DNA from: Macrostomum hystrix
Taxonomy: Eukaryota > Animalia > Platyhelminthes
Reading direction: 5' to 3'
Length of the DNA: 64,000 bases
Assembly (NCBI GenBank): GCA_950097015.1
Contig: CATNEN010000038.1
Location: 24,428,001-24,492,000, forward strand
A model generated the notes under the pieces. That model saw nothing but the letters and a program-made list of their open reading frames with translations. It did not search any database and was not told the origin of the DNA. A program made the position numbers and the translations under genes. This document shows positions 51,620 to 61,458 of this stretch, piece by piece. Position 1 is the stretch's first letter; the number at the start of each line of letters is the position of its first letter.

Positions 51620-52035
51620 CGGTGTGACATTCACGGAAGCAATTGCCAATGCAAAGTCCTGGCGATCCTGGACATCTCTTTTGACGGTCTTTCCTGATTT
51701 CCAGTGGCTGCGAGGCGTTGAGAAAAATGGCCGTTGTTTGGCTTTGGTTGTCCATTGACAGGAGCAGCGCGCTTTCTTCCGGGACCCGAGCTGGTCATCA
51801 GATGAAGGGCAGGAATGTCGCAGATCCACCGCCTTTGACGTAAATTATCCAAGAGTTGTGTACGCACTGGAGCAGCAAGTGGAAGCCGAGCCGACGGAAC
51901 CATCGGTAGGTCTTTCTGCAGGCCAAATATGGCTGGAGCGAACCATCAAGCCTATCCACTCCGCCCATGCTTTTTGAGTACACAACAGCAGCCGTGGGTT
52001 TCGTGACCACCTCCTGCTCACCATCGCGCCTGATC
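51620..52035 (-). pseudogene. Decayed piggyBac-family transposase, C-terminal fragment
   Basis: KPTAAVVYSKSMGGVDRLDG..Y...RKTYRWFRRLGFHLL..CVHNSWIIY (third catalytic D region), then a stop and frameshifts; other frames give HFSQRLAATGNQERPSK and CPGSPGLCIGNCFRECHT (end of the Cys-rich domain). Confidence 0.85.
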
Positions 52036-52072
52036 CTATGGCAAGAAAATTCGCGATAAGCGCTTTGGTTGC

Positions 52073-52630
52073 ATCTTAGCCAATCACAAAAACTCACATT
52101 TTAGCACACACCCCATCTTAGCCAATCACAAAAACTCACATTTTAGCACACACCCATCTTAGCCAATCACAAAAACTCACATTTTAGCACACACCCATCT
52201 TAGCCAATCACAAAAACTCACATTTTAGCACACACCCATCTTAGCCAATCACAAAAACTCACATTTTAGCACACACCCATCTTAGCCAATCACAAAAACT
52301 CACATTTTAGCACACACCCCATCTTAGCCAATCACAAAAACTCACATTTTAGCACACACCCCATCTTAGCCAATCACAAAAACTCACATTTTAGCACACA
52401 CCCCATCTTAGCCAATCAAATATCTCTCACATCTTCTCTCACAATCACCCTCTTTAGACAATCACCCATCTTAGCCAATCAAATATCTCTCACATCTTCT
52501 CTCACAATCACCCATCTTGTTCAATCACCAATCTTAGCAAATCACCAATCTTAGCCGATCACCCATCTTGTTCAATCACCAATCTTAGCAAATCACCAAT
52601 CTTAGCAAATCACCCATCTTAGCCAATCAA
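52073..52630. repeat. 41/42-bp minisatellite, each unit containing AGCCAATCA (CCAAT box)
   Basis: CATCTTAGCCAATCACAAAAACTCACATTTTAGCACACACC about 8 times, plus a degenerate tail. Confidence 0.9.
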
Positions 52631-53056
52631 AGATCTTTAAATCCATTAAACAGATGACATACAAAGTAAAAAAACATATAAAAGTTTATTTACACGCAAC
52701 ATTTACTTTCAAGAATTGTTTTAACTTGCACAGAACTTGACTCGATTGGAACTTGACATAGCCAATAAGATTCTCCCACATTGAATAACCCATGCTAGCT
52801 ATTGATCAGGAGTTGTTGCATACTATTGGACTGTTGAAAAATGCTACTAGAATAGAATGCATTTGCTCCCTAAACGGGAGACAATCAACAGAAAGAACGC
52901 AATCTACATGTATGTTTATTGTTAAAGACCAGTACTATAAGAAATTATCTATTAGGGAATGCTATTTAAGTAACACTAGGAACAAAAGATAGAACTATTC
53001 GTCTCAGATTCGCGGTTTCAATTATTAATAATCATATTTCTATGTGCATAATAATT

Positions 53057-56000
53057 ATGCGCCCCCTACAAGCAGCAGGAGTAGCTCTATTGGCAGCAAT
53101 AATTATCGTCAGTCTCATAGCAACCGAGGCACTGTCATATGACTCGGAAAATGATCTATGTGAGTAGAGTCGAATTAAAAAAAACTTTTTTCTCCATAAC
53201 TATACTATATGGTAACACGTTTGGTGAGGACAGATTCAGAACAGGCGAAAACATATTATTGGAACAGGTCTAATTGTTAGAAAGGTGATAATCGATTTAG
53301 AACAGGTAATAATTGATTTAGAACAGGTGATAATTAGTTAAGAACAGGTAAGATCGACCCTCTATTGGCTCCGCAGTGGACAAGCTGACATTTAGCGGTT
53401 GCTATGCGGATGTCAAGGAGAGGCCAACAATTGAAGGCCGCAAGGAGATCAACAAGGCTGGCATGACCAAAGCCAAGTGCTTCAACAGTTGCGCCAGACG
53501 GCACTACAAATACTTCGGCCTGAAGTCTGGCTGCGAGTGCCACTGCGGCAACAATCTGATGCACTCGCAGCTGGTCGATGCAGCAAAATGCGACAAAGCC
53601 TGCCCGGGCGATAGTCAGCAGCTGTGCGGCGGCGACAAGGCCATGGCTGTTTACTCGATAAACGGCGTCAACTACTTCAACAAGATGCACACAGAGGGTG
53701 AGAATGGAATGAAATGGAATGAAATGGAATGAAATGGAATGAAATGGAATGAAATGGAATGAAATGGAATGAAATGGAATGAAATGGAATGAAATGGAAT
53801 GAAATGGAATGAAATGGAATGAAATGGAATGAAATGGAATGAAATGGAATGAAATGGAATGAAATGGAATGAAATGGAATGAAATGGAATGAAATGGAAT
53901 GAAATGGAATGAAATGGAATGAAATGGAATGAAATGGAATGAAATGGAATGAAATGGAATGAAATGGAATGAAATGGAATGAAATGGAATGAAATGGAAT
54001 GAAATGGAATGAAATGGAATGAAATGGAATGAAATGGAATGAAATGGAATGAAATGGAATGAAATGGAATGAAATATCTAAAATACAAAAAAACTGACTA
54101 GACACGAACCCTACTACTACTTTATTGCCTGTAGAGTAGTGTAGAATGTAAAGTCCAAATAAATGTTTCCCAGATAAATTAACCATAAATTTAAAACTTG
54201 AAGTAACTTCAGCTGCATTTTACGGTTGCTATCGGGACGACCAGAAGCAATCAATTCTAATAGACGCCGTCGGGAAGACGGACAACGCCATGTCAGGCGA
54301 TATGTGTCGAAAATTCTGCACCCAGAAAAATCTGAAACTCTACGGCTTGAAGGCTGGCAACCGATGCTACTGCGGCAGCGGCGTGCGCGACGGTGCAGTC
54401 ACGGAGAATGGCAAATGCGACTCCGTGTGCCTTGGCAACAGAGCTGAGTTGTGCGGGGGCAAGCTTCACACCGGCGTGTACCAAATCCTGCGCGTTGGCA
54501 ACTTTGAGCTGCCGAAACCGTGGCACTCAGACGGTGAGCTCCTGGGGAACACGCCACTGAGGATTCGGGTCCGGATTTGGATTCGGATTAGGATTTGGAT
54601 TCAGATAAGGATTTGGAGATTATGATTTGGATTCAGATTAGGATTTTGATTGAGATAAGGATTTGGATTCAGATTAGGATTTGGATTCAGATTAGGATTT
54701 GGATTCAGATTAGGATTTGGATTCAGATTAGGATTTGGATTGAGATAAGGATTTGGATTCAGATTAGGATTTGGATTCAGATTATGATTTGGATTCAGAT
54801 TATGATTTGGATTCAGATTATGATTTGGATTCAGATTATGATTTGGATTCAGATAAGGATTTGGATTCAGATAAGGATTTGGATTCAGATAAGGATTTGG
54901 ATTCAGATAAGGATTTGGATTCAGATAAGGATTTGGATTCAGATAAGGATTTGGATTCAGATAAGGATTTGGATTCAGATAAGGATTTGGATTCAGATAA
55001 GGATTTGGATTCAGATTAGGATTTGGATTGAGATAAGGATTTGGATTCAGATTAGGATTTGGATTCAGATTATGATTTGGATTCAGATTATGATTTGGAT
55101 TCAGATTATGATTTGGATTCAGATTATGATTTGGATTCAGATAAGGATTTGGATTCAGATAAGGATTTGGATTCAGATAAGGATTTGGATTCAGATAAGG
55201 ATTTGGATTCAGATAAGGATTTGGATTCAGATAAGGATTTGGATTCAGATAAGGATTTGGATTCAGATTATGATTTGGATTCAGATTAGGATTTGGATTC
55301 AGATTATGATTTGGATTCAGATAAGGATTTGGATTCAGATTATGATTTGGATTCAGATAAGGATTTGGATTCAGATTATGATTTGGATTCAGATTATGAT
55401 TTGGATTCAGATTATGATTTGGATTCAGATTATGATTTGGATTCAGATTATGATTTGGATTCAGATAAGGATTTGGATTCAGATAAGGATTTGGATTCAG
55501 ATAAGGATTTGGATTCAGATAAGGATTTGGATTCAGATTATGATTTGGATTCAGATTATGATTTGGATTCAGATTATGATTTGGATTCAGATAAGGATTT
55601 GGATTCAGATAAGGATTTGGATTCAGATAAGGATTTGGATTCAGATTAGGATTTGGATTCAGATTAGGATTTGGATTGAGATAAGGATTTGGATTCAGAT
55701 TAGGATTTGGATTCAGATTATGATTTGGATTCAGATTATGATTTGGATTCAGATTATGATTTGGATTCAGATTATGATTTGGATTCAGATTATGATTTGG
55801 ATTCAGATAAGGATTTGGATTCAGATAAGGATTTGGATTCAGATTATGATTTGGATTCAGATTATGATTTGGATTCAGATTATGATTTGGATTCAGATAA
55901 GGATTTGGATTCAGATAAGGATTTGGATTCAGATTAGGATTTGGATTCAGATTAGGATTTGGATTGAGATAAGGATTTGGATTCAGATTAGGATTTGGAT

Positions 56001-56953
56001 TCAGATTATGATTTGGATTCAGATTATGATTTGGATTCAGATTATGATTTGGATTCAGATTATGATTTGGATTCAGATTATGATTTGGATTCAGATAAGG
56101 ATTTGGATTCAGATAAGGATTTGGATTCAGATAAGGATTTGGATTCAGATAAGGATTTGGATTCAGATTAGGATTTGGATTCAGATAAGGATTTGGATTC
56201 AGATTAGGATTTGGATTGAGATAAGGATTTGGATTCAGATTAGGATTTGGATTCAGATTATGATTTGGATTCAGATTATGATTTGGATTCAGATTATGAT
56301 TTGGATTCAGATTATGATTTGGATTCAGATTATGATTTGGATTCAGATTATGATTTGGATTCAGATAAGGATTTGGATTCAGATAAGGATTTGGATTCAG
56401 ATAAGGATTTGGATTCAGATAAGGATTTGGATTCAGATAAGGATTTGGATTCAGATAAGGATTTGGATTCAGATTAGGATTTGGATTCAGATTATGATTT
56501 GGATTCAGATTAGGATTTGGATTCAGATAAGGATTTGGATTCAGATAAGGATTTGGATTCAGATTATGATTTGGATTCAGATTAGGATTTGGATTCAGAT
56601 AAGGATTTGGATTCAGATTATGATTTGGATTCAGATTAGGATTTGGATTCAGATTAGGATTTGGATTCAGATAAGGATTTGGATTCAGATTAGGATTTGG
56701 ATTCAGATTAGGATTTGGATTCAGATAAGGATTTGGATTGAGATAAGGATTTGGATTCAGATTAGGATTTGGATTCAGATAAGGATTTGGATTGAGATAA
56801 GGATTTGGATTCAGATTAGGATTTGGATTCAGATTAGGATTTGGATTCAGATAAGGATTGCGATATTTGTGGGCTTATTGTAAATATTTTATTTCGTAGG
56901 ACAAAAGTGAATTCATATATTTATTTTCTCACATTTCCATTTCAGAACTATGA
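53057..56953 (+). CDS. Signal-peptide protein with two WSC (carbohydrate-binding) domains; preferred C-terminus ...WHSDEL
   Basis: Exons 53057-53159 ([27 protein letters not shown]), 53377-53697, 54213-54533 and 56946-56953 (alternative last exon 56900-56910). Each WSC exon has GCY.D, M(T/S)...C...C, (F/Y)GL..G..C.CG, C...C.G...LCGG. Confidence 0.82.
53704..54070. repeat. (GAAATGGAAT)n perfect decamer in WSC-gene intron 2
   Basis: Direct. Confidence 0.97.
54560..56858. repeat. 18-bp minisatellite (GATTTGGATTCAGATWAK) in WSC-gene intron 3
   Basis: Direct; source of the spurious WIQIRI and DLDSDK ORFs. Confidence 0.97.
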
Positions 56954-57254
56954 GAGCTGGTCGCTGTAACAGTGAAAAAAAAATTTTTTTAAACCGTTTC
57001 TAGACTTCCGCTGCCCTCACCATGGTTCACTGTTGCCTCAATTCGTAAAATTTTCTGAAATGCAACTCTGAAAACTTTGCCTAAAATGGCTATAAATGCT
57101 TAGCTAATATTATTGAATCTTTCGATCTTTGAATATTTGAATCTTGCTCATAAATACCATTCTTAAGTCGCATAGTCATAGTTTATTTATAGGTTGACAC
57201 CTTTTAATTACGAGGGGTACGAGCGTAATAAGACTTTAAAATATTTTAATTGCA

Positions 57255-57900
57255 GGTGGATAGCTAGGGTAATTAGAGCTTGACACCTTTAAACAATATA
57301 GGTGGATAACGAGGGTAATTTAGAGTGGTTTAGACCTTTCAATTGTATAGGTAGATAGCTAGGGTAATTAGAGTTAGACAACTTTAAACTACAGGTGTAG
57401 ATATCTAGGGTAATTAGAGTTGGACAGCTTTAAACTACAGGTATAGATATCTAGGGTAATTATAGTTGGACACCTTTAAACTACAGGTATAGATATCTAG
57501 GGTAATTAGAGTTGGACACCTTTAAACTACAGGTATAGATATCTAGGGTAATTAGAGTTGGACACCTTTAAACTACAGGTATAGATATCTAGGGTAATTA
57601 GAGTTGGACAGCTTTAAACTACAGGTATAGATATCTAGGGTAATTAGAGTTGGACACCTTTAAACTACAGGTATAGATATCTAGGGTAATTAGAGTTGGA
57701 CAGATTTAAACTACAGGTATAGATATCTAGGGTAATTAGAGTTGGACAGATTTAAACTACAGGTATAGATATCTAGGGTAATTAGAGTTGGACAGATTTA
57801 AACTGCAGGTATAGATATCTAGGGTAATTAGAGTTGGACAGATTTAAACTGCAGGTATAGATATCTAGGGTAATTAGAGTTGGACACCTTTAAATTGCAG
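57255..57900. repeat. 46-bp minisatellite (GATATCTAGGGTAATTAGAGTTGGACACCTTTAAACTACAGGTATA)
   Basis: Direct. Confidence 0.92.
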
Positions 57901-58561
57901 TGTAATAAAGAAACGAACAAAGTGAGAGGCAGTGCCCATATTGAGAATGCCTTTGTAACCGCTCATATCGCAGTTTTAAATATTTAAATCGGCGGTTAAT
58001 TTGTATTTGTTTTAATGCTTTTAATTATAGATATTTGCGCAAGAGAACAAAAATGGTCTTGCTGTGTCAACAGATGTTGATTTAAAATTTTGAAAAATCC
58101 GAAAAGACTGTCTCGGGGGCGTTCGAAATCAATTAGCATTCCATCTCCGAGGGGGCACTCAGCGCGTTACCATGACAACATAATACAGTGGCGTGCGGGC
58201 AACACAGTGTTCTATTTCTGCATTATTATATTTTTTTGTTTTGTTTATCTGGTCTAAGATTGTTTAGCTATAGTTTTTTGTGTTGCCATATAGTTTAAAA
58301 GTGCAAATGATCCTTGCTTTGAATTCTGTAGCTGTGATTGCTACTTATTTAAAAGCACTTAGACAACATAGAACAAGCGGATATTAATTGTTTCTGTTAA
58401 AACTGACGATTTTCTTAACTTTTTTCAATAATTTTAAGCAATCAACAAATATTCAGGGAAAAAATCAATAATATAACTTCGATTTTAAATTGAAGACTTG
58501 TTAACACAAATCAGTGTAGACAACATGAACATTCTCCTACAAGTGTCCCCCTACATCAAGG

Positions 58562-58998
58562 TTGTTACGTATCTTGCCGACGTTATCAGATGATCAATTA
58601 TTCCACCAGTCATTGCGGCAGAGTCTTCAGCACATTGTGCACCTCCTCGGCGATGGCCGTGATGACAAACTCAAACTGGTCCTGAAAAGGTTTTCACAAA
58701 ATGCGCATCATTTAAAAGCGTACAGTACTTATTCTGATACAGTAATTTGTAGACAACGCTCTCAAGCAAGCCCTCCTGACCTCCGTCTTGACAAGTCCAG
58801 CTCGCTGATCGCGAAGATGCTCCAAGCTGGCAGCCAGGTCGATCTCTTTGACGCCTTTGTTGATACGATTCAGGGCCAAGTCAAGCAGGCAGTATGTACC
58901 AGTCCGTCCACAGCCGTCGCTGAGAAATTTTTAGGGTTTGATTATTTTAGTCTTGAAATAACTGCCGCGAAATTACAAGCCATTTTATCTCGGTACAG
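58562..58998 (+). CDS. Possible coding exon(s) of an unidentified gene
   Basis: GC-richer, helical-looking open frame ending at a good donor AG|GTATGC (58999); possible short in-frame intron 58690-58752; no recognisable domain; start unclear. Confidence 0.3.
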
Positions 58999-59026
58999 GT
59001 ATGCGATTGTTGGGTGGTCTAGCGCC

Positions 59027-59419
59027 ATCCACATCACACCATCCACATCACACCATCCACATCACACCATCCACATCACACCATCCACCATCCATCATGA
59101 CTTACTGACTCACTGACTGACTGACTGACTAACTGACTGACTGACTGACTGACTGACTGACTGACTGACTGACTGACTGACTGACTGACTGACTGACTGA
59201 CTGACTGACTGACTGACTGACTGACTGACTGACTGACTGACTGACTGACTGACTGACTGACTGACTGACTGACTGACTGACTGACTGACTGACTGACTGA
59301 CTGACTGACTGACTGACTGACTGACTGACTGACTGACTGACTGACTGACTGACTCACTGACTGACTGACTGACTGACTGACTGACTGACTGACTGACTGA
59401 CTGACTGACTCACTGACTA

Positions 59420-59469
<50 letters not shown>

Positions 59470-59651
59470 TGACTGACTGACTCACTGACTGACTGACTGA
59501 CTGACTGACTGACTGACTGACTGACTGACTGACTGACTGACTGACTGACTGACTGACTGACTGACTGACTGACTGACTGACTGACTCACTGACTGACTGA
59601 CTGACTGACTGACTGACTGACTGACTGACTGACTGACTGACTCACTGACTA

Positions 59652-59701
<50 letters not shown>

Positions 59702-59760
59702 TGACTGACTGACTCACTGACTAACTGACTGACTGACTGACTCACTGACTGACTGACTGA
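59027..59760. repeat. 14-bp CATCCACATCACAC units followed by ~660 bp of (ACTG)n microsatellite
   Basis: Direct. Confidence 0.95.
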
Positions 59761-59935
59761 CAGTCACCCTTCGACCTCAACAGGGTACGCAGCCAGTCTG
59801 CGGGCCTGGCACTGCTTTAGGTGTCCTCTTATGCCTAAGGTCTCACCGCGCTGAGGGGCTGAAAGGTCCGGGGAGTCTATCCGGCCATTAGCGGTTTTTA
59901 TTTTTATTCTCTTCTTTCTCTTTTTCCAGCGACCT

Positions 59936-61423
59936 ATGGAGTCCCACTACAGCTCCAGCACGTCCCAGGACCCTGCTGAAACGCCGACCCCGGCCGGCGA
60001 CGCAGATCCTCAGGACCAGCGCCAGGGCGACACCGGTTCCACCGGCGCCCAAAATTCATCCTGCTCCTCCGCCACTCAGGAAAACACCAGAGCGGCTGGA
60101 TCAAAGAGCAAACGCTCCCCTTCCACGCAAGCCCGCAGCCTCGCCCGCCTCCAGGAATTCCGGCGGCGAAAACAGGAAGTACGGTTGGCTGCGAAATCCG
60201 CGCCAACCACCGCCCCCGAGGAGGGGGCCGGCAACTCTGCGAACATCGCGGAGGAACCGGCACCCAACAAGGAGGCGGACTCCTCGCGCCGTCCGGGAAA
60301 TCCGGAAGCGCGGAAAAGTGCCGCCCAGGCCTCTGGGGCATCCGGTTCCTCTCGCGGCGGAACCTCTCACAGTCATCCGGAAACTCCGACGACTGCTGGG
60401 GGGCCCGTTGCGGGAGGCGCCGGCCAAACCACAAGGCCAAAGCGCACTTACGCTGCTATGGCAAAGAGGCAGCCGGCCTTGGTTATCCGAGGCCAGGAGA
60501 CGCCCCTCACAACAGCGCAACTCGACCAGATCTGGCGCAGATTGGACTCCCATCTGGTCAAACTGGCACTGAGCGGCACTGTACTGCACGTCCTGAAGAC
60601 CGACATCCAGGACCAAGCCCTCATTGTCCAGCCTGCCGACAACCAGTCCGGACAGCAACTCCTCGAGATGCTGAAATCCTTCGACTGGGGCACGGAAATG
60701 GGCAACCTGTTTATCTACAGGGAGGACGAGCGCCCCCAGACACACCGTCATCGTGTTTGGATTCCAGCTCGCAGCGCCATCACCAACGCCGGAGAACTGC
60801 GCCGCCTGCTGTTGGCAATCCACCCGGATCTGCCAGCAAACGGTGTCGTGGTTCATGAAACCATCACCAGACCTGGTGGAGACGGTTTCACGGCCATCCT
60901 AGGATTGTCGGACAGCTGGATGCTCCGCTGCCCAGACATGTCCTACATCAGTGCAGGCCTCACTCGAATGCAGATTTTCAGCTTCGAGTCCGACGCCACT
61001 CGCCCGCCGCCCCCGGAAAAGCGGAAACGGACGAACCAGAGCTCTGCCGGGCCCCCGCGCCCTGGAACACAGACTCCTGATCGTCACGACCACTCCGAGG
61101 ATGCGGACCCTATCAGGGGCAAAGCCGCGCGAGCCGCAACGACAGGCGGACGTGGTAAGGGCCGGAAACCCGCCCGCAACACCATCCGTGCTGGCTTGAC
61201 TCAGCGCGCCAAACAGCTGTCGGACCCCAACAGTGGACGCCACCGCAGCACCACCCGGCCCAATGTTTCATCGGAACCCCCAGCGGAAAACCGGGTTGAG
61301 GACACGGACGCCGCTGTTGCGGCAGCCCCGGCCTCAACTCTGGATCCGATTCAGGAGGAACCGATGGAGCTCGGGCAAAACACCGGCGAGGACGAGGAAT
61401 CGCTCTTGAACAACTCGCCGTAG
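59936..61423 (+). CDS. LINE ORF1 protein (495 aa); disordered ends, central globular region, no CCHC knuckle
   Basis: Long ORF directly upstream of the endonuclease-RT ORF; KRTYAAMAK motif of the kind common in ORF1/gag-like proteins. Confidence 0.8.
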   Translation: MESHYSSSTSQDPAETPTPAGDADPQDQRQGDTGSTGAQNSSCSSATQENTRAAGSKSKRSPSTQARSLARLQEFRRRKQEVRLAAKSAPTTAPEEGAGNSANIAEEPAPNKEADSSRRPGNPEARKSAAQASGASGSSRGGTSHSHPETPTTAGGPVAGGAGQTTRPKRTYAAMAKRQPALVIRGQETPLTTAQLDQIWRRLDSHLVKLALSGTVLHVLKTDIQDQALIVQPADNQSGQQLLEMLKSFDWGTEMGNLFIYREDERPQTHRHRVWIPARSAITNAGELRRLLLAIHPDLPANGVVVHETITRPGGDGFTAILGLSDSWMLRCPDMSYISAGLTRMQIFSFESDATRPPPPEKRKRTNQSSAGPPRPGTQTPDRHDHSEDADPIRGKAARAATTGGRGKGRKPARNTIRAGLTQRAKQLSDPNSGRHRSTTRPNVSSEPPAENRVEDTDAAVAAAPASTLDPIQEEPMELGQNTGEDEESLLNNSP

Positions 61424-61458
61424 GCCAGCAGATAGCCGCACGGACCGCCCCTCCTGGG

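Noticed and set aside
1909-56883. Long low-complexity ORFs ([62 protein letters not shown], etc.)
   Set aside because: They are translations of tandem repeats lacking a stop in some frame; most lie within GT-AG introns whose flanking exons join in frame.
59761-59890. HDV-like or hammerhead ribozyme in the LINE 5'UTR
   Set aside because: Hairpins exist, but I could not assemble the nested double pseudoknot or a CUGANGA/GAAA core by eye; needs a covariance-model search.
61285-61299. G GAA AAC as a -1 frameshift site for LINE ORF2
   Set aside because: It lies upstream of the -1 frame stop TGA at 61297-61299, so shifting there would terminate.
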